Source of the DNA: Chitinophaga pinensis
GTDB taxonomy: Bacteria; Bacteroidota; Bacteroidia; NS11-12g; UBA955
NCBI GenBank assembly: GCA_945865625.1
Contig: CAMBFD010000004.1
Span: forward strand, 1,171-65,170
Direction: 5' to 3'
Length of the DNA: 64,000 bases
Positions 54,886 to 64,000 of the stretch are shown piece after piece (the first letter of the stretch is position 1; every line of letters begins with the position of its first letter). The notes below the pieces were generated by a model. The model worked only from the letters and a program-made list of their open reading frames with translations. It did not search any database and was not told where the DNA came from. The position numbers and the translations under genes are program-made.

Positions 54886-56094
54886 TTAACGATTTAGAAT
54901 CAGTTTTTGAGTGCTGATTACTTGGTTTTGTTGCTTGATTTGTGCAAAATAGACACCCTTAGCATCTCCACCCAAAGAAATTGGGTATTGAATGTTGGGT
55001 TGTAAATTCTTTTGATTGTAAACCATTTGACCAATGGGGTTGACAATTGTTAATTCAAAATTGTTTTGAGCACTTCGAATATTAAAATTGAAATTGCCAT
55101 GATTGGGGTTGGGGTATAGGCTAATATTGAATTCGTTTTCTGAGGGACTTAAACCGCTACTGCTAGGAATGTAAGTTTCAACAGTTTCCGAAATTGTTAC
55201 ATGCCCAGATCCAGGTCCCATGTTTCCTGGGGTTACAACACCATAATAGTTATTGTACATGACATATGGGAAAACGGGTGTTTGGTTTTGATCGATTGTT
55301 ACAAAATAGGCATATGTGCCGTTTGGATAATCAGGTGTAATGCAATATCTTCCATTGCGTTCATCTAAATCTCCTGATCCAGCTTTATATTCATGATCTT
55401 CCATAAAACATCCTAAGGGGTAAGTTTGGTCTGGATTAGGTCCATTTGTGCGTGTTACCAAGCTCTTTAATTGATACCCAGTAGTCATTCTTTTAATTTT
55501 TCCTGTGCCATCTAAATTGGAGTAAGCATAGGCACCATAAATTGGAAATCCGTCCCAAGCATAACCAATAATGGGAGAATGTTTAGAAGAATCTTTTGCA
55601 TCATATAAGCATTTAGGACTTACATGGTGATGGTATTCACCATTTTTATCTGGGTGGCCTAGGCAATTATCGAAACTAATTCCCTCAAAGAAATAAGCGT
55701 TTCTATTCCAAACGCCAGCACTGTTGTACGACATACCATCGGAGGCGTTAAAAATGCTGACGCCATTACTCCAAATGCCAACATGTCCCAATCCTACTTT
55801 GGTAGGCGTATTGTTGTTTTTTACAGGTTTTCTGGTGATTTTAAAGACAAAATTCTGATTTGATGGATTGTTGGGGTTTGCCGTCCAAGGACCAATATCA
55901 TAGCCAGGAATGCATGAAGCGCTTACATAAATATAATTTGCAGAATATTGTAATTTTTGGATATTACTGGAGATACCATTATATCCAGTTTTTCCATTGG
56001 AATTTAATATCCATGAAGTTAATTCGGGCTGTGCATTTGTAAAGTTGAAATTGAAAAATGCTAAGATGATGAAAAAGTTGATTTTAAAGTTCAT
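54886..56094 (-). CDS. YHYH-domain protein with T9SS C-terminal sorting domain
   Basis: 402 aa with a signal peptide. NGEYHHHVSP (YHYH motif). C-terminal ..ISLYPNPNHGNFNFNI..GVYFAQI..KLILNR is a type-A sorting domain. Confidence 0.7.
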   Translation of the reverse strand: MNFKINFFIILAFFNFNFTNAQPELTSWILNSNGKTGYNGISSNIQKLQYSANYIYVSASCIPGYDIGPWTANPNNPSNQNFVFKITRKPVKNNNTPTKVGLGHVGIWSNGVSIFNASDGMSYNSAGVWNRNAYFFEGISFDNCLGHPDKNGEYHHHVSPKCLYDAKDSSKHSPIIGYAWDGFPIYGAYAYSNLDGTGKIKRMTTGYQLKSLVTRTNGPNPDQTYPLGCFMEDHEYKAGSGDLDERNGRYCITPDYPNGTYAYFVTIDQNQTPVFPYVMYNNYYGVVTPGNMGPGSGHVTISETVETYIPSSSGLSPSENEFNISLYPNPNHGNFNFNIRSAQNNFELTIVNPIGQMVYNQKNLQPNIQYPISLGGDAKGVYFAQIKQQNQVISTQKLILNR

Positions 56095-56125
56095 GCGTTT
56101 TATGCGTTTGGTTTAAAGATATTTT

Positions 56126-56947
56126 TTATGGGAATTTAGGAAATTTTTTGAAATCAGGTTTGCGTTTTTCCAAGAAGGCATTTTTCCCTTCTTGAGCTTC
56201 CTCAGTTAAGTAGAACAATAAAGTTGCATCGCCGGCCAATTCCATCAAACCATGCTGGCCATCTAATTCTGCATTAAATGATCTTTTGAGCATTCTAATG
56301 GCCATAGGGCTTCTTTCCATGATGGTGTTGCACCAATTCACGGTTTCGTCTTCAAGGAGATCCAATGGAACAACTTTATTTACAAGCCCCATTCTTTCGC
56401 ACTCAATGGCAGAATATTGTAAACACAAATACCAAATTTCACGGGCTTTCTTTTGTCCAACTATTCTTGCTAAGTAACTACTTCCAAAGCCACCATCGAA
56501 ACTTCCAACCTTAGGCCCAGTTTGACCAAATTTTGCATTTTCTGATGCAATTGTTAGATCGCATACAACGTGTAAAACATGTCCACCACCAATGGCATAA
56601 CCATTCACCATGGCAATAACAGGCTTAGGGAGAGAGCGGATTTTTTTATGTAAATCTAAAACATTTAAGCGTGGAACTCCATTTTCGTCAACATATCCTC
56701 CAACACCTTTCACATTTTGATCGCCCCCTGAACAGAAAGCTTTATCTCCAATTCCTGTAAGAATTACAACACCAACATCTTGTCGTTCTCTACAAATATC
56801 AAAAGCTTTTAACATGTCCATCACCGTTTGAGGTCTAAAAGCATTGTAAACTTCAGGTCTGTTGATGGTGATTTTAGCAATTCCCTCGTGAAGTTCAAAC
56901 AAGATGTCTGAAAACGTTTCAATTGTGGTCCAGGTTCTTTGATTCAT
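56126..56947 (-). CDS. menB: 1,4-dihydroxy-2-naphthoyl-CoA synthase
   Basis: 273 aa crotonase fold. ..[14 protein letters not shown].., [20 protein letters not shown], and a C-terminal ..F.EKR.P.F tail. Confidence 0.9.
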   Translation of the reverse strand: MNQRTWTTIETFSDILFELHEGIAKITINRPEVYNAFRPQTVMDMLKAFDICRERQDVGVVILTGIGDKAFCSGGDQNVKGVGGYVDENGVPRLNVLDLHKKIRSLPKPVIAMVNGYAIGGGHVLHVVCDLTIASENAKFGQTGPKVGSFDGGFGSSYLARIVGQKKAREIWYLCLQYSAIECERMGLVNKVVPLDLLEDETVNWCNTIMERSPMAIRMLKRSFNAELDGQHGLMELAGDATLLFYLTEEAQEGKNAFLEKRKPDFKKFPKFP

Positions 56948-56985
56948 AATAATAATTGCAAAAATAATATAATTTGTGTTTTACT

Positions 56986-58149
56986 CTAATTTATGTTTGT
57001 TGTTAAAGTAAACCCTACAGACAAATTGTGACTCGGTCTATTATTTATGGTTGAATTCCTTCTGAAAATATCAGTCATTCCATATTTTGCATAAATTCCG
57101 ATTTGTTTAAATTGTAAAACAGTAAAAGGAGAAACTACAAAGTTATTCAATCCGAAATCTGTGAAATACTTTTCTTTATCGCCATTTAAATACCTCACTT
57201 TACTATGACTTCTAACCAATGTTCCTGCCTGAATACCAATTTTCATTGAAAAAGTGGGATTGCGTTTTTTGTTTTGGAATCCCAATGCAATTGGAATACC
57301 TAAATAATTCGTGACCAATTTAGATTTGTCAGCAATTCTGCCGGGGTTTTGGCCCGGATTGTCAAAGTAATATTCAAATTGATTGCCTTGATTTACCAAT
57401 CGAATTTGGTTATTCTCAAATCTGTAATTTTGAATGTCGTAGGCCACTCCAATCCATGCTCTTAATTTACCTTTGATCAAATTAATTCCCCAGCTATGAT
57501 CAAAACCTATTTGCAATGTTTTACCTGCATCTAACTCTGGCATGCTGTGATAATCCATAACCATATTTGAAGGATTTTGTTTGCCTAGTACATTTAAGAA
57601 TCCTAAACTAAATCTGCTTTGAGATACAACATCATTCGATTTTCGATTTTTACGTTTATTTTTATATCGTCTGTTTGGATTTTTGGGAGGCGGTGGACCA
57701 CCGAATTCGCCATTTGGCCTATGTGGTGGTCTCATTCCTGGTGGGCGCATACGGTCGTCTGATTCAGCTCTCTCTTCCACAATTTTGTCTGGGTTTGTAG
57801 AATTACGCTTATACACTCTTGTATTATCTGATGCAGGATTATCGAGATTGACAATTTTAATGATTGTATTGATTGTATCATTCACTTGGACTTTTTCGAC
57901 ACTAACATTCACATTTTTTAGATCGGTTGGAATCTCAGGCATATTCAAAGTTTTTCCATTTGCCCATTGCACTAGATCTTGAGCATATTTATCGATTACT
58001 ACTTGTTTGGCGCCATTACCAGTATCTTTTAGAATGGTAATTTTTTTAACTGTCAAAGTAGGACCATTTGAACCATTTGATTGTCCGAATATAAAAGGGG
58101 TAAACCCGAATAAACTCAATAATAGGATTGTAATATCGCGATTTGTCAT
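56986..58149 (-). CDS. Hypothetical outer-membrane protein with a Pro/Arg-rich linker
   Basis: 387 aa with a signal peptide. Central RMRPPGMRPPHRPNGEFGGPPPPKNPNRRYKNKRKNRK. The C-terminal half is beta-barrel-like. Confidence 0.5.
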   Translation of the reverse strand: MTNRDITILLLSLFGFTPFIFGQSNGSNGPTLTVKKITILKDTGNGAKQVVIDKYAQDLVQWANGKTLNMPEIPTDLKNVNVSVEKVQVNDTINTIIKIVNLDNPASDNTRVYKRNSTNPDKIVEERAESDDRMRPPGMRPPHRPNGEFGGPPPPKNPNRRYKNKRKNRKSNDVVSQSRFSLGFLNVLGKQNPSNMVMDYHSMPELDAGKTLQIGFDHSWGINLIKGKLRAWIGVAYDIQNYRFENNQIRLVNQGNQFEYYFDNPGQNPGRIADKSKLVTNYLGIPIALGFQNKKRNPTFSMKIGIQAGTLVRSHSKVRYLNGDKEKYFTDFGLNNFVVSPFTVLQFKQIGIYAKYGMTDIFRRNSTINNRPSHNLSVGFTLTTNIN

Positions 58150-58166
58150 TGTTTAAAATTGTTTTG

Positions 58167-59033
58167 TTAATTAAAAATTTGATTGACCATAGATGCTGTT
58201 TCTGTTTGTATTTCAATTCCAAAGCTAGGAAGCCATTTCTTTTCTTTTTTTGTTGTTACAAATTTTATTTTGGGGAATTGCCCTTTTTTTAACATTTCTT
58301 TTGCCTCTTTTACCCAAATTTCATTCAGCTCGGCAGTTTCTAATTCCTCCGCCGACAATAAAGGTTGTTCTACAAGTTTAACTTCGGTAACAATTTCAGA
58401 AACTTCAATGTTGTGAGATAATTCCAATTGTTGATTGTTAGAATTTATGAGTAACCATTTTAACATCATTTGTTTCTTCTCTGAATTGCTTAAATATTGA
58501 TTGTCTACAAGTTGGTTTAAAAATTGATTTTCGTCAATCAATTTAGTAGAAGGCTTGAATGCCTTGCCTCTGAATGAAACCAATCGTTTAATTGGTTCTG
58601 TGATCGATGTAGGTGCAGGGGTTGATACCAATCTATGCGTTTTAGTTAATTCAGATTTGGCTGACTTAATTTCTGGCTTTAAAGTTTGCTCAGATTGTAT
58701 CGTTGAAACTTCTTGCTTGATCTTTAATGTACTTTGATTTATTTTTTGAGAAACGATAAAATATCCCCCAATCATGAGCAATATAGCCGCTGCCGAATAT
58801 TGGAAGTATACATTTTTAAATATTGTGAAGGTTGACTTTTTGAGTAACCTTTGCTTGTTTGGAAATTGAATTTCCTGAGGTTCTAAATAAGTTAATTTTA
58901 GTGTTTGATAGAAATGATTTAAAGATTCATTGTTGTTGATTTCTCTTTCAAGTAAGTTTCGTTCTGATTCTGAAAGATTTCCCTCCAGTAATTCAAATAT
59001 TTTCCATTGGTATTCTTCTGAAATTTCTTTCAT
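58167..59033 (-). CDS. Putative anti-sigma factor (single-pass membrane protein)
   Basis: 288 aa. Its start overlaps the ECF sigma stop by 4 bp. N-terminal ..LLEGNLSESERNLLEREI.. and one TM segment (YSAAAILLMIGGYFIV). Confidence 0.45.
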   Translation of the reverse strand: MKEISEEYQWKIFELLEGNLSESERNLLEREINNNESLNHFYQTLKLTYLEPQEIQFPNKQRLLKKSTFTIFKNVYFQYSAAAILLMIGGYFIVSQKINQSTLKIKQEVSTIQSEQTLKPEIKSAKSELTKTHRLVSTPAPTSITEPIKRLVSFRGKAFKPSTKLIDENQFLNQLVDNQYLSNSEKKQMMLKWLLINSNNQQLELSHNIEVSEIVTEVKLVEQPLLSAEELETAELNEIWVKEAKEMLKKGQFPKIKFVTTKKEKKWLPSFGIEIQTETASMVNQIFN

Positions 59034-59518
59034 ATATAATCCTCCATTTTTCCTAGTATTTTTTGAAGCGCTTGTCGGCCTCTGAAAATTGTAATTTTAA
59101 CCTGACTTTCATTTAATCCTGTGATTTCTCCAATTTCAGCATAACTATATCCCTCATAGTCACGAAGCAAAATAACATTTTTTTGAATTTCAGAAATTTC
59201 ATTAAACGCTTTTTCAAGGATTTGTTTAAGTCCCTTGTATTCAGTTTGCGTAGAATGCGATTCTGGAATGTTCGTTGTTTCCATATCCACTTCGTTTTTT
59301 TGTTTTCGGATAATGTCAATCATACTGTTATATGCAATCTTAAATAAGTATGCTTTGTACTTTGTGGGATCTACTTTGTGTCTATTTAACCATAATTTTT
59401 CGAAAGAAGTTTGCACAATTTCTTGAGCATCCTCAACCACTTTGATGTTCTTCAAAGCAAACCTAAATAAGGCGTCACTTTGTGAATATACAATTTGGTT
59501 GTACTCTTCAATGGTCAT
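59030..59518 (-). CDS. ECF-type RNA polymerase sigma-70 factor
   Basis: 162 aa. Region 2 (..DAQEIVQTSFEKLW..) and region 4 HTH (..YSYAEIGEITGLNESQVKITIFRGRQAL). Confidence 0.85.
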   Translation of the reverse strand: MTIEEYNQIVYSQSDALFRFALKNIKVVEDAQEIVQTSFEKLWLNRHKVDPTKYKAYLFKIAYNSMIDIIRKQKNEVDMETTNIPESHSTQTEYKGLKQILEKAFNEISEIQKNVILLRDYEGYSYAEIGEITGLNESQVKITIFRGRQALQKILGKMEDYI

Positions 59519-59573
59519 TTGGTGTAGAATAAACGGATAAAAATTACTTTAGTTACAATAACTTTGAAAAATA

Positions 59574-60314
59574 ATGACAAAGGTCACAGAAAATTGGTTT
59601 AAAACATGGTTCGACACAAAGTACTACCATATTTTGTATAAACATAGAGATAACGAAGAGGCAAATCTATTTATTGGAAAGCTTGTCCATTATTTGAAAT
59701 TATCTCGCGGTTTAAAAGTTGCAGATATTTGTTGTGGCAAGGGTAGACACAGTTTAGAACTGTCGAAATATGGCTTGATGGTTTGGGGTATGGACTTAAG
59801 CCCCAACAGTATTGAAAGCGCAAACTCAATGTCAAATGAACTTACCAGTTTTGATGTTCACGATATGCGAAATCCCTTCCCTCAAAAAGATTTCGATACA
59901 ATATTTAATCTTTTTACGAGCTTTGGTTACTTTGAAGATTTGTTAGAAGATAAAAAATGTTTGGAAAATATTTTTTCTTCTTTAAAATCTGGAGGGATAT
60001 TCATTCAGGACTATATTCACGCCGCCTATTTTACAAAGGATTTGCCGTTGAGCGAAGAGAAATTGATTGATCATGTTTCATTTGGAATATCTAAATATGT
60101 TCAAGGGGGGTTTATAGTGAAAGAGATACAGGTAAAAGATGGTGATTATGAAGAAATTTTCTATGAAAGGGTCAAAATATACTCTCCTGAAGAATTAGTT
60201 TCGTTGCATGAACAAGCCGGTTTCCAAGTTGAAAATGTGTTTGGCGATTATCATTTATCTGCGTTTTCTGCAAGTGAATCTCAAAGAATTATTATAAATT
60301 CCCGCAAAAAATGA
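59574..60314 (+). CDS. Class I SAM-dependent methyltransferase
   Basis: 246 aa. Motif I VADICCGKGRHS and the post-I acidic residue GMDLS. Confidence 0.75.
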   Translation: MTKVTENWFKTWFDTKYYHILYKHRDNEEANLFIGKLVHYLKLSRGLKVADICCGKGRHSLELSKYGLMVWGMDLSPNSIESANSMSNELTSFDVHDMRNPFPQKDFDTIFNLFTSFGYFEDLLEDKKCLENIFSSLKSGGIFIQDYIHAAYFTKDLPLSEEKLIDHVSFGISKYVQGGFIVKEIQVKDGDYEEIFYERVKIYSPEELVSLHEQAGFQVENVFGDYHLSAFSASESQRIIINSRKK

Positions 60315-60916
60315 TTGAAACCTTTATAAATTTCGACCACAAACTGTTTGTTTTTGTCAACCAAACTTTATCCTCAACTTCATTAGATGGAATCATGAGT
60401 TTCTTGAGTTCAAAATGGATGTTCATTCCCATTTACGTCATTGCTGTCTTGAAAATGGTTCAGAAATATAAGAAACGATTTTGGATACCAGTATTGTTAT
60501 GTTTGTTGGCATTCGGACTTGCGGATAGCATTAGTAGTAAAATTTTTAAGCCAGCTTTTAAAAGGGTAAGACCTGCGTTTTGCGAAACGATGAATCCACG
60601 GTTACCAGATGGAAAACCAGGTGGCCATTACGGTTTTGTGAGCTCTCATGCAGCAAATACATTTGCTGTTTATCCGTTAATTGTGGTGTTGTTATTTTCG
60701 CAATACTCCAAAAAAACGATGCGGTTAAATACGAATAAGACATATTTATTTATAGCGTTTTTTGTTTCGGGGTTGGTTGCTTATTCAAGAATATATAACG
60801 GAGTCCATTGGCCTGCAGATGTTTTTTTCGGAGGGATATTGGGCTTGCTCATTTGTTATTCCTGTGTGCAGATTTGGAAGAATTGGTTGCAGTTTAAGGC
60901 TTTAAATGAAAATTGA
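60311..60916 (+). CDS. PAP2-family phosphatase
   Basis: 201 aa membrane protein. KxxxxxxRP (KPAFKRVRP), SSH (FVSSHAAN) and SRxxxxxHxxxD (YSRIYNGVHWPAD) motifs. Confidence 0.8.
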   Translation: MIETFINFDHKLFVFVNQTLSSTSLDGIMSFLSSKWMFIPIYVIAVLKMVQKYKKRFWIPVLLCLLAFGLADSISSKIFKPAFKRVRPAFCETMNPRLPDGKPGGHYGFVSSHAANTFAVYPLIVVLLFSQYSKKTMRLNTNKTYLFIAFFVSGLVAYSRIYNGVHWPADVFFGGILGLLICYSCVQIWKNWLQFKALNEN

Positions 60917-60930
60917 ATTAACTTCGCAAC

Positions 60931-61710
60931 ATGAGTTTTGAATTTATTCTTGTAGACAAACAAGTTGCTCCGTTTGTGGGTTTAATACAATTAAACCGTC
61001 CAAAGGAATTAAACGCATTGAATCTTCAATTGATGGGAGAAATCAAAGAGGCTTTGTTGGATTTCGATGAAGATGAAAATATTCGTGCAATAGTAATTAC
61101 GGGTAATGAACGTGCATTTGCTGCAGGTGCCGACATTAAGCAAATGGCAGGAAGAACAGCCATTGATATGTTGAAAATTGATCAATTTAGCACCTGGGAT
61201 AGTATCCGTAAGACTAAAAAACCCATTATTGCTGCAGTGAGTGGTTTTGCATTGGGTGGAGGCTGCGAGCTTTGTATGTTGTGCGATATGATTGTTGCGA
61301 GTGAAACAGCTCAATTTGGTCAACCAGAGATTAACATAGGAGTGATGCCAGGTGCTGGTGGAACTCAACGCTTAACAAGAGCAGTTGGGAAGGCTAGAGC
61401 CATGGAGATGGTATTGACAGGTAATTTTATTTCAGCTGAAGAAGCGAGAGAGGCTGGCTTAATCAATAAAGTTGTTCCTGTGCAATTGTATTTAGACGAG
61501 GCAATCAAATTAGGTCAGAAAATTGCAGAGAAATCGCCTATTGCTGTTCAAATGGCAAAGGAAAGTGTATTGAAAGCATTTGATACAGGTTTGCAAGAAG
61601 GATTGTTCTTTGAGCGCAAGAATTTCTATATGTTGTTTGCAACAGATGATCAAAAAGAGGGTATGGCCGCATTTGTAGAAAAGCGCAAGCCAGATTTTAA
61701 AAATAAATAA
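60931..61710 (+). CDS. Enoyl-CoA hydratase (crotonase family)
   Basis: 259 aa. ..LNRPKELNAL.., FAAGADI, GFALGGGCEL and a C-terminal EKRKP.F tail. Confidence 0.9.
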   Translation: MSFEFILVDKQVAPFVGLIQLNRPKELNALNLQLMGEIKEALLDFDEDENIRAIVITGNERAFAAGADIKQMAGRTAIDMLKIDQFSTWDSIRKTKKPIIAAVSGFALGGGCELCMLCDMIVASETAQFGQPEINIGVMPGAGGTQRLTRAVGKARAMEMVLTGNFISAEEAREAGLINKVVPVQLYLDEAIKLGQKIAEKSPIAVQMAKESVLKAFDTGLQEGLFFERKNFYMLFATDDQKEGMAAFVEKRKPDFKNK

Positions 61711-61770
61711 TCACAGACAAACAGGGGGTTTTTGCAAAAAACCATTGTTCTATAGATATTTTAGAAACAA

Positions 61771-61807
61771 AAAAAAGAGGGGCTTATCAAATAAGCCCCT
61801 CTTTTTT
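61771..61807. terminator. Bidirectional terminator
   Basis: AAAAAA-GAGGGGCTTAT-CAA-ATAAGCCCCTC-TTTTTT. Confidence 0.75.
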
Positions 61808-61834
61808 GTAAGTAGAGTGAAATTTATATTTTAA

Positions 61835-62758
61835 TTATTTAACATCAGCCCATGCAGTGTTCACGTAGAACATTTCTGTTGGAGAAATATATTTCCATAC
61901 AATCACGGCTACGCCTGTGTTTGCTTTATTTAATTTCCACCAACCGAAATCAAAGCCAGATGCGCCTTGAGTAGCTGTGTTAATTTGGGTAACTAATTTA
62001 TCTGGAGTTGCAACATAGTCAAAAGTAGCAGTTTTTTCAATCGCTGCATCTTTTGCTGGGTTGTTTAAAACAGCAGTCTCACTGAACGCTAATTGTGTAC
62101 CCGCTGCATTTTTGTGTGCAGATGCACGAACGATGTGTTTGTGAGTTGCAAATGTTCCAGATGCACCAGCTTGGTAGCAACCAACTTCTTTTTCACAAAC
62201 AATTACAGAAGTGTAATACAATGCACCAGCTTCTGGAGCATAAGCTTGCAATTTGTAATTAACAGTGATTTTGTTACCGCTTAATGAAGCGTTTGCAGCA
62301 ACTCCAACTTCTACTGGTACAGCAGCGTTGTAATCGTCAGCAAATTTTGTCATAGTAGCAGCGTTTGTACCAGTGTTACCTAAGAAAGAGTTATCCATGT
62401 AAAAATGTGGGATATATCCGTTAGGTTTTGTTTGAGCATACAATGCAGTTGCAAATTGAGCAATAAACAAAGTATCGTTCTTTACAAATGTAGGTACCAA
62501 ATAAGATGATCCTGAAGAATGCAGATCAAGTGAAACTAAGCTATTCGCGTCTCTTGCTGCTATGGTCGCTTTGAATTCAGGGCTTCCATAAGCACCACAA
62601 GGTCCACACCACGTAGCAGTGTTGTAAATCAACAAAGAACGTTGTGTCTTTGTCACAGTTAACGGAGCTGCGCCAGTTGATGGGCTATCGCTTCCGCAAC
62701 TTTGCATCATTCCCACAACACTTGCAGAAACGAAAGCTAGTAAAAATAATTTTTTCAT
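61835..62758 (-). CDS. Lipoprotein with thioredoxin-like WCGPC motif (possibly Omp28-related)
   Basis: 307 aa. Lipobox ..GMMQSCGS. TATWCGPCG motif near the N-terminus. Confidence 0.5.
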   Translation of the reverse strand: MKKLFLLAFVSASVVGMMQSCGSDSPSTGAAPLTVTKTQRSLLIYNTATWCGPCGAYGSPEFKATIAARDANSLVSLDLHSSGSSYLVPTFVKNDTLFIAQFATALYAQTKPNGYIPHFYMDNSFLGNTGTNAATMTKFADDYNAAVPVEVGVAANASLSGNKITVNYKLQAYAPEAGALYYTSVIVCEKEVGCYQAGASGTFATHKHIVRASAHKNAAGTQLAFSETAVLNNPAKDAAIEKTATFDYVATPDKLVTQINTATQGASGFDFGWWKLNKANTGVAVIVWKYISPTEMFYVNTAWADVK

Positions 62759-62899
62759 GATTGTTTGTTTTAAATAATTTGTACGAATTAATGAGATTTT
62801 TGCTATAAAAACAACTTATCACTTTAAAAAAAGCATTTTTTTTTAACAATTACGACTAAAGTACTTTTTTAAAATTAACCAATTACATTTGCACTCAAT

Positions 62900-64000
62900 A
62901 TGTCTGGTGTGATTGCACGTCAAAGTTTTTGGGCTTCTATTGTGAATTATTCAGGTAGCTTGGTTGGTTTGTTTACCACATTCTACCTTTTTCCTTTGGT
63001 CTATACAAAAGCTGAAAACGGAATTATTGGGCTCTTCATTGAAATGGGGGCATTGCTTGCCGGCGTGGCACAATTGGGTACTGGCTATTCAATTTGGAAA
63101 TTTTTTCCTCAATTGAAAAACGACAAAGGACATCATGGGGCCGGATTTTGGTTAATTGCGATTCCTTTGGCCGGTTTCTTTATCATTGCTATTGCATTGC
63201 TTTTTTTTCAGTCTCCAATCATGCATTATTTTGGCAAAAACTCATTTGCCTTTCAACCATACTATTATTGGTTATTGCCGTTTATATTTTTCTTTGTTTT
63301 TAACAACGTTTTTGAAGTATTTTCAGCATCAATTGGCAGTATTATTTTTGCTTCTTTTTTAAGAGAAAATGTGGTGCGCTTGCTTCTAGGCTTGGTTGGA
63401 TTTTGTTATTATTTGAATTACTTTGGTTTTGATTTGGTCATTTATTTAATTCCTTTGATTTATGGAATTACAGCAATGTTAAACTTAACATACATTTTAA
63501 AAAATACCCTGATTTCGTTCAAACCAGATTTTTATTTTGTGAGAAATCAACCCAATTTGAAAGCTGATTTTTCGAAATATACCGGATATCTCTTTTTAAC
63601 TTCGGTAGCCAATTTATTGGTACAAAGGATCGATATCGTTATGATTAGTTCAATGGCTACATTTGATGATACAGGAGTTTATAGAATTGCACTTATGATG
63701 TCGGTCTTAATTGAAATCCCTACCCGAAGTATCCTGCAAATTTCAAATCCTAAACTTTCTGAAGCAATTCATAAAGATGACCATTTAGAAGTTGAAAGAC
63801 TTTACAAGAAAACCAGTTTAAATCAATTTATTCTTGGATGCATGGCCTTGCTTTGTATTTGGGTGAATATTGATCTCTTTTTTGAACTCATGCCAAATGG
63901 TGATAAGTACATTGGCGCAAAATATGCGGTGCTTTTTCTTGGTATCGGTAAGCTTTTTGTATTGCTACAAGGTAACTCTTCGGCAATGCTCACGTTTTCT
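62900..64000 (+). CDS. Polysaccharide/oligosaccharide flippase (MOP/Wzx-like) membrane protein, 5' partial; runs off the window end
   Basis: Own translation from ATG 62900: MSGVIARQSFWASIVNYSGSLVGLFTTFYLFP... It is open through 64000 (367 codons) with multiple hydrophobic helices and a ..VYRIALMMSVLIEIP.. segment typical of the polysaccharide biosynthesis protein family. Confidence 0.6.
   Translation, partial: MSGVIARQSFWASIVNYSGSLVGLFTTFYLFPLVYTKAENGIIGLFIEMGALLAGVAQLGTGYSIWKFFPQLKNDKGHHGAGFWLIAIPLAGFFIIAIALLFFQSPIMHYFGKNSFAFQPYYYWLLPFIFFFVFNNVFEVFSASIGSIIFASFLRENVVRLLLGLVGFCYYLNYFGFDLVIYLIPLIYGITAMLNLTYILKNTLISFKPDFYFVRNQPNLKADFSKYTGYLFLTSVANLLVQRIDIVMISSMATFDDTGVYRIALMMSVLIEIPTRSILQISNPKLSEAIHKDDHLEVERLYKKTSLNQFILGCMALLCIWVNIDLFFELMPNGDKYIGAKYAVLFLGIGKLFVLLQGNSSAMLTFS

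Noticed and set aside
1-64000. CRISPR arrays, rRNA genes, IS elements/transposases, toxin-antitoxin pairs and retron/DGR-type reverse transcriptases.
   Set aside because: I saw no regularly spaced direct repeats of 25-40 bp, no rRNA-like sequence, and no transposase or RT motifs in any ORF. The only mobile element I can support is the tRNA-Phe island.

Overview
AT-rich chromosomal window that looks like Bacteroidota, probably Flavobacteriia-like. The evidence is T9SS C-terminal sorting domains, a TonB-dependent receptor, an sdhCAB-type fumarate reductase, TAnnTTTG-style -7 boxes, and many hairpin/T-run terminators between convergent genes. Most of the window is ordinary core genome: ppk1-ppx, fhs, sdhCAB, ribE, grpE-dnaJ, icd, menB, an ECF sigma/anti-sigma pair, a MATE pump, a desaturase and many outer-membrane beta-barrel or lipoprotein ORFs. 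Two metabolic modules stand out. One is an N-glycan trimming cluster (GH92, GH2 beta-mannosidase, GH20 hexosaminidase, with a glycosylasparaginase at the window edge). The other is an isolated meta-cleavage lower-pathway cassette (two MhpD/XylI-family paralogs, mhpF, mhpE). The one clear accessory region is a ~7.1 kb integrative element inserted in the 3' end of tRNA-Phe (26742-33832). It is bounded by a perfect 27-bp direct repeat and has tandem 12-bp arm-type repeats near both ends. It carries a tyrosine integrase, an AlpA/excisionase-like HTH protein, a gpII/CRI-like replication initiator, a small basic protein, a DUF1566 secreted protein and two unrelated nuclease-like cargo proteins. I found no capsid, relaxase or conjugation genes in it. 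I consider it the best candidate for something undescribed: a satellite-like or minimal integrative element with possible defence cargo. A second sequence-level oddity is a strongly over-represented, strand-skewed 9-mer, ATGTCCCTC. All calls come from reading the sequence and translations by eye, with no database search.
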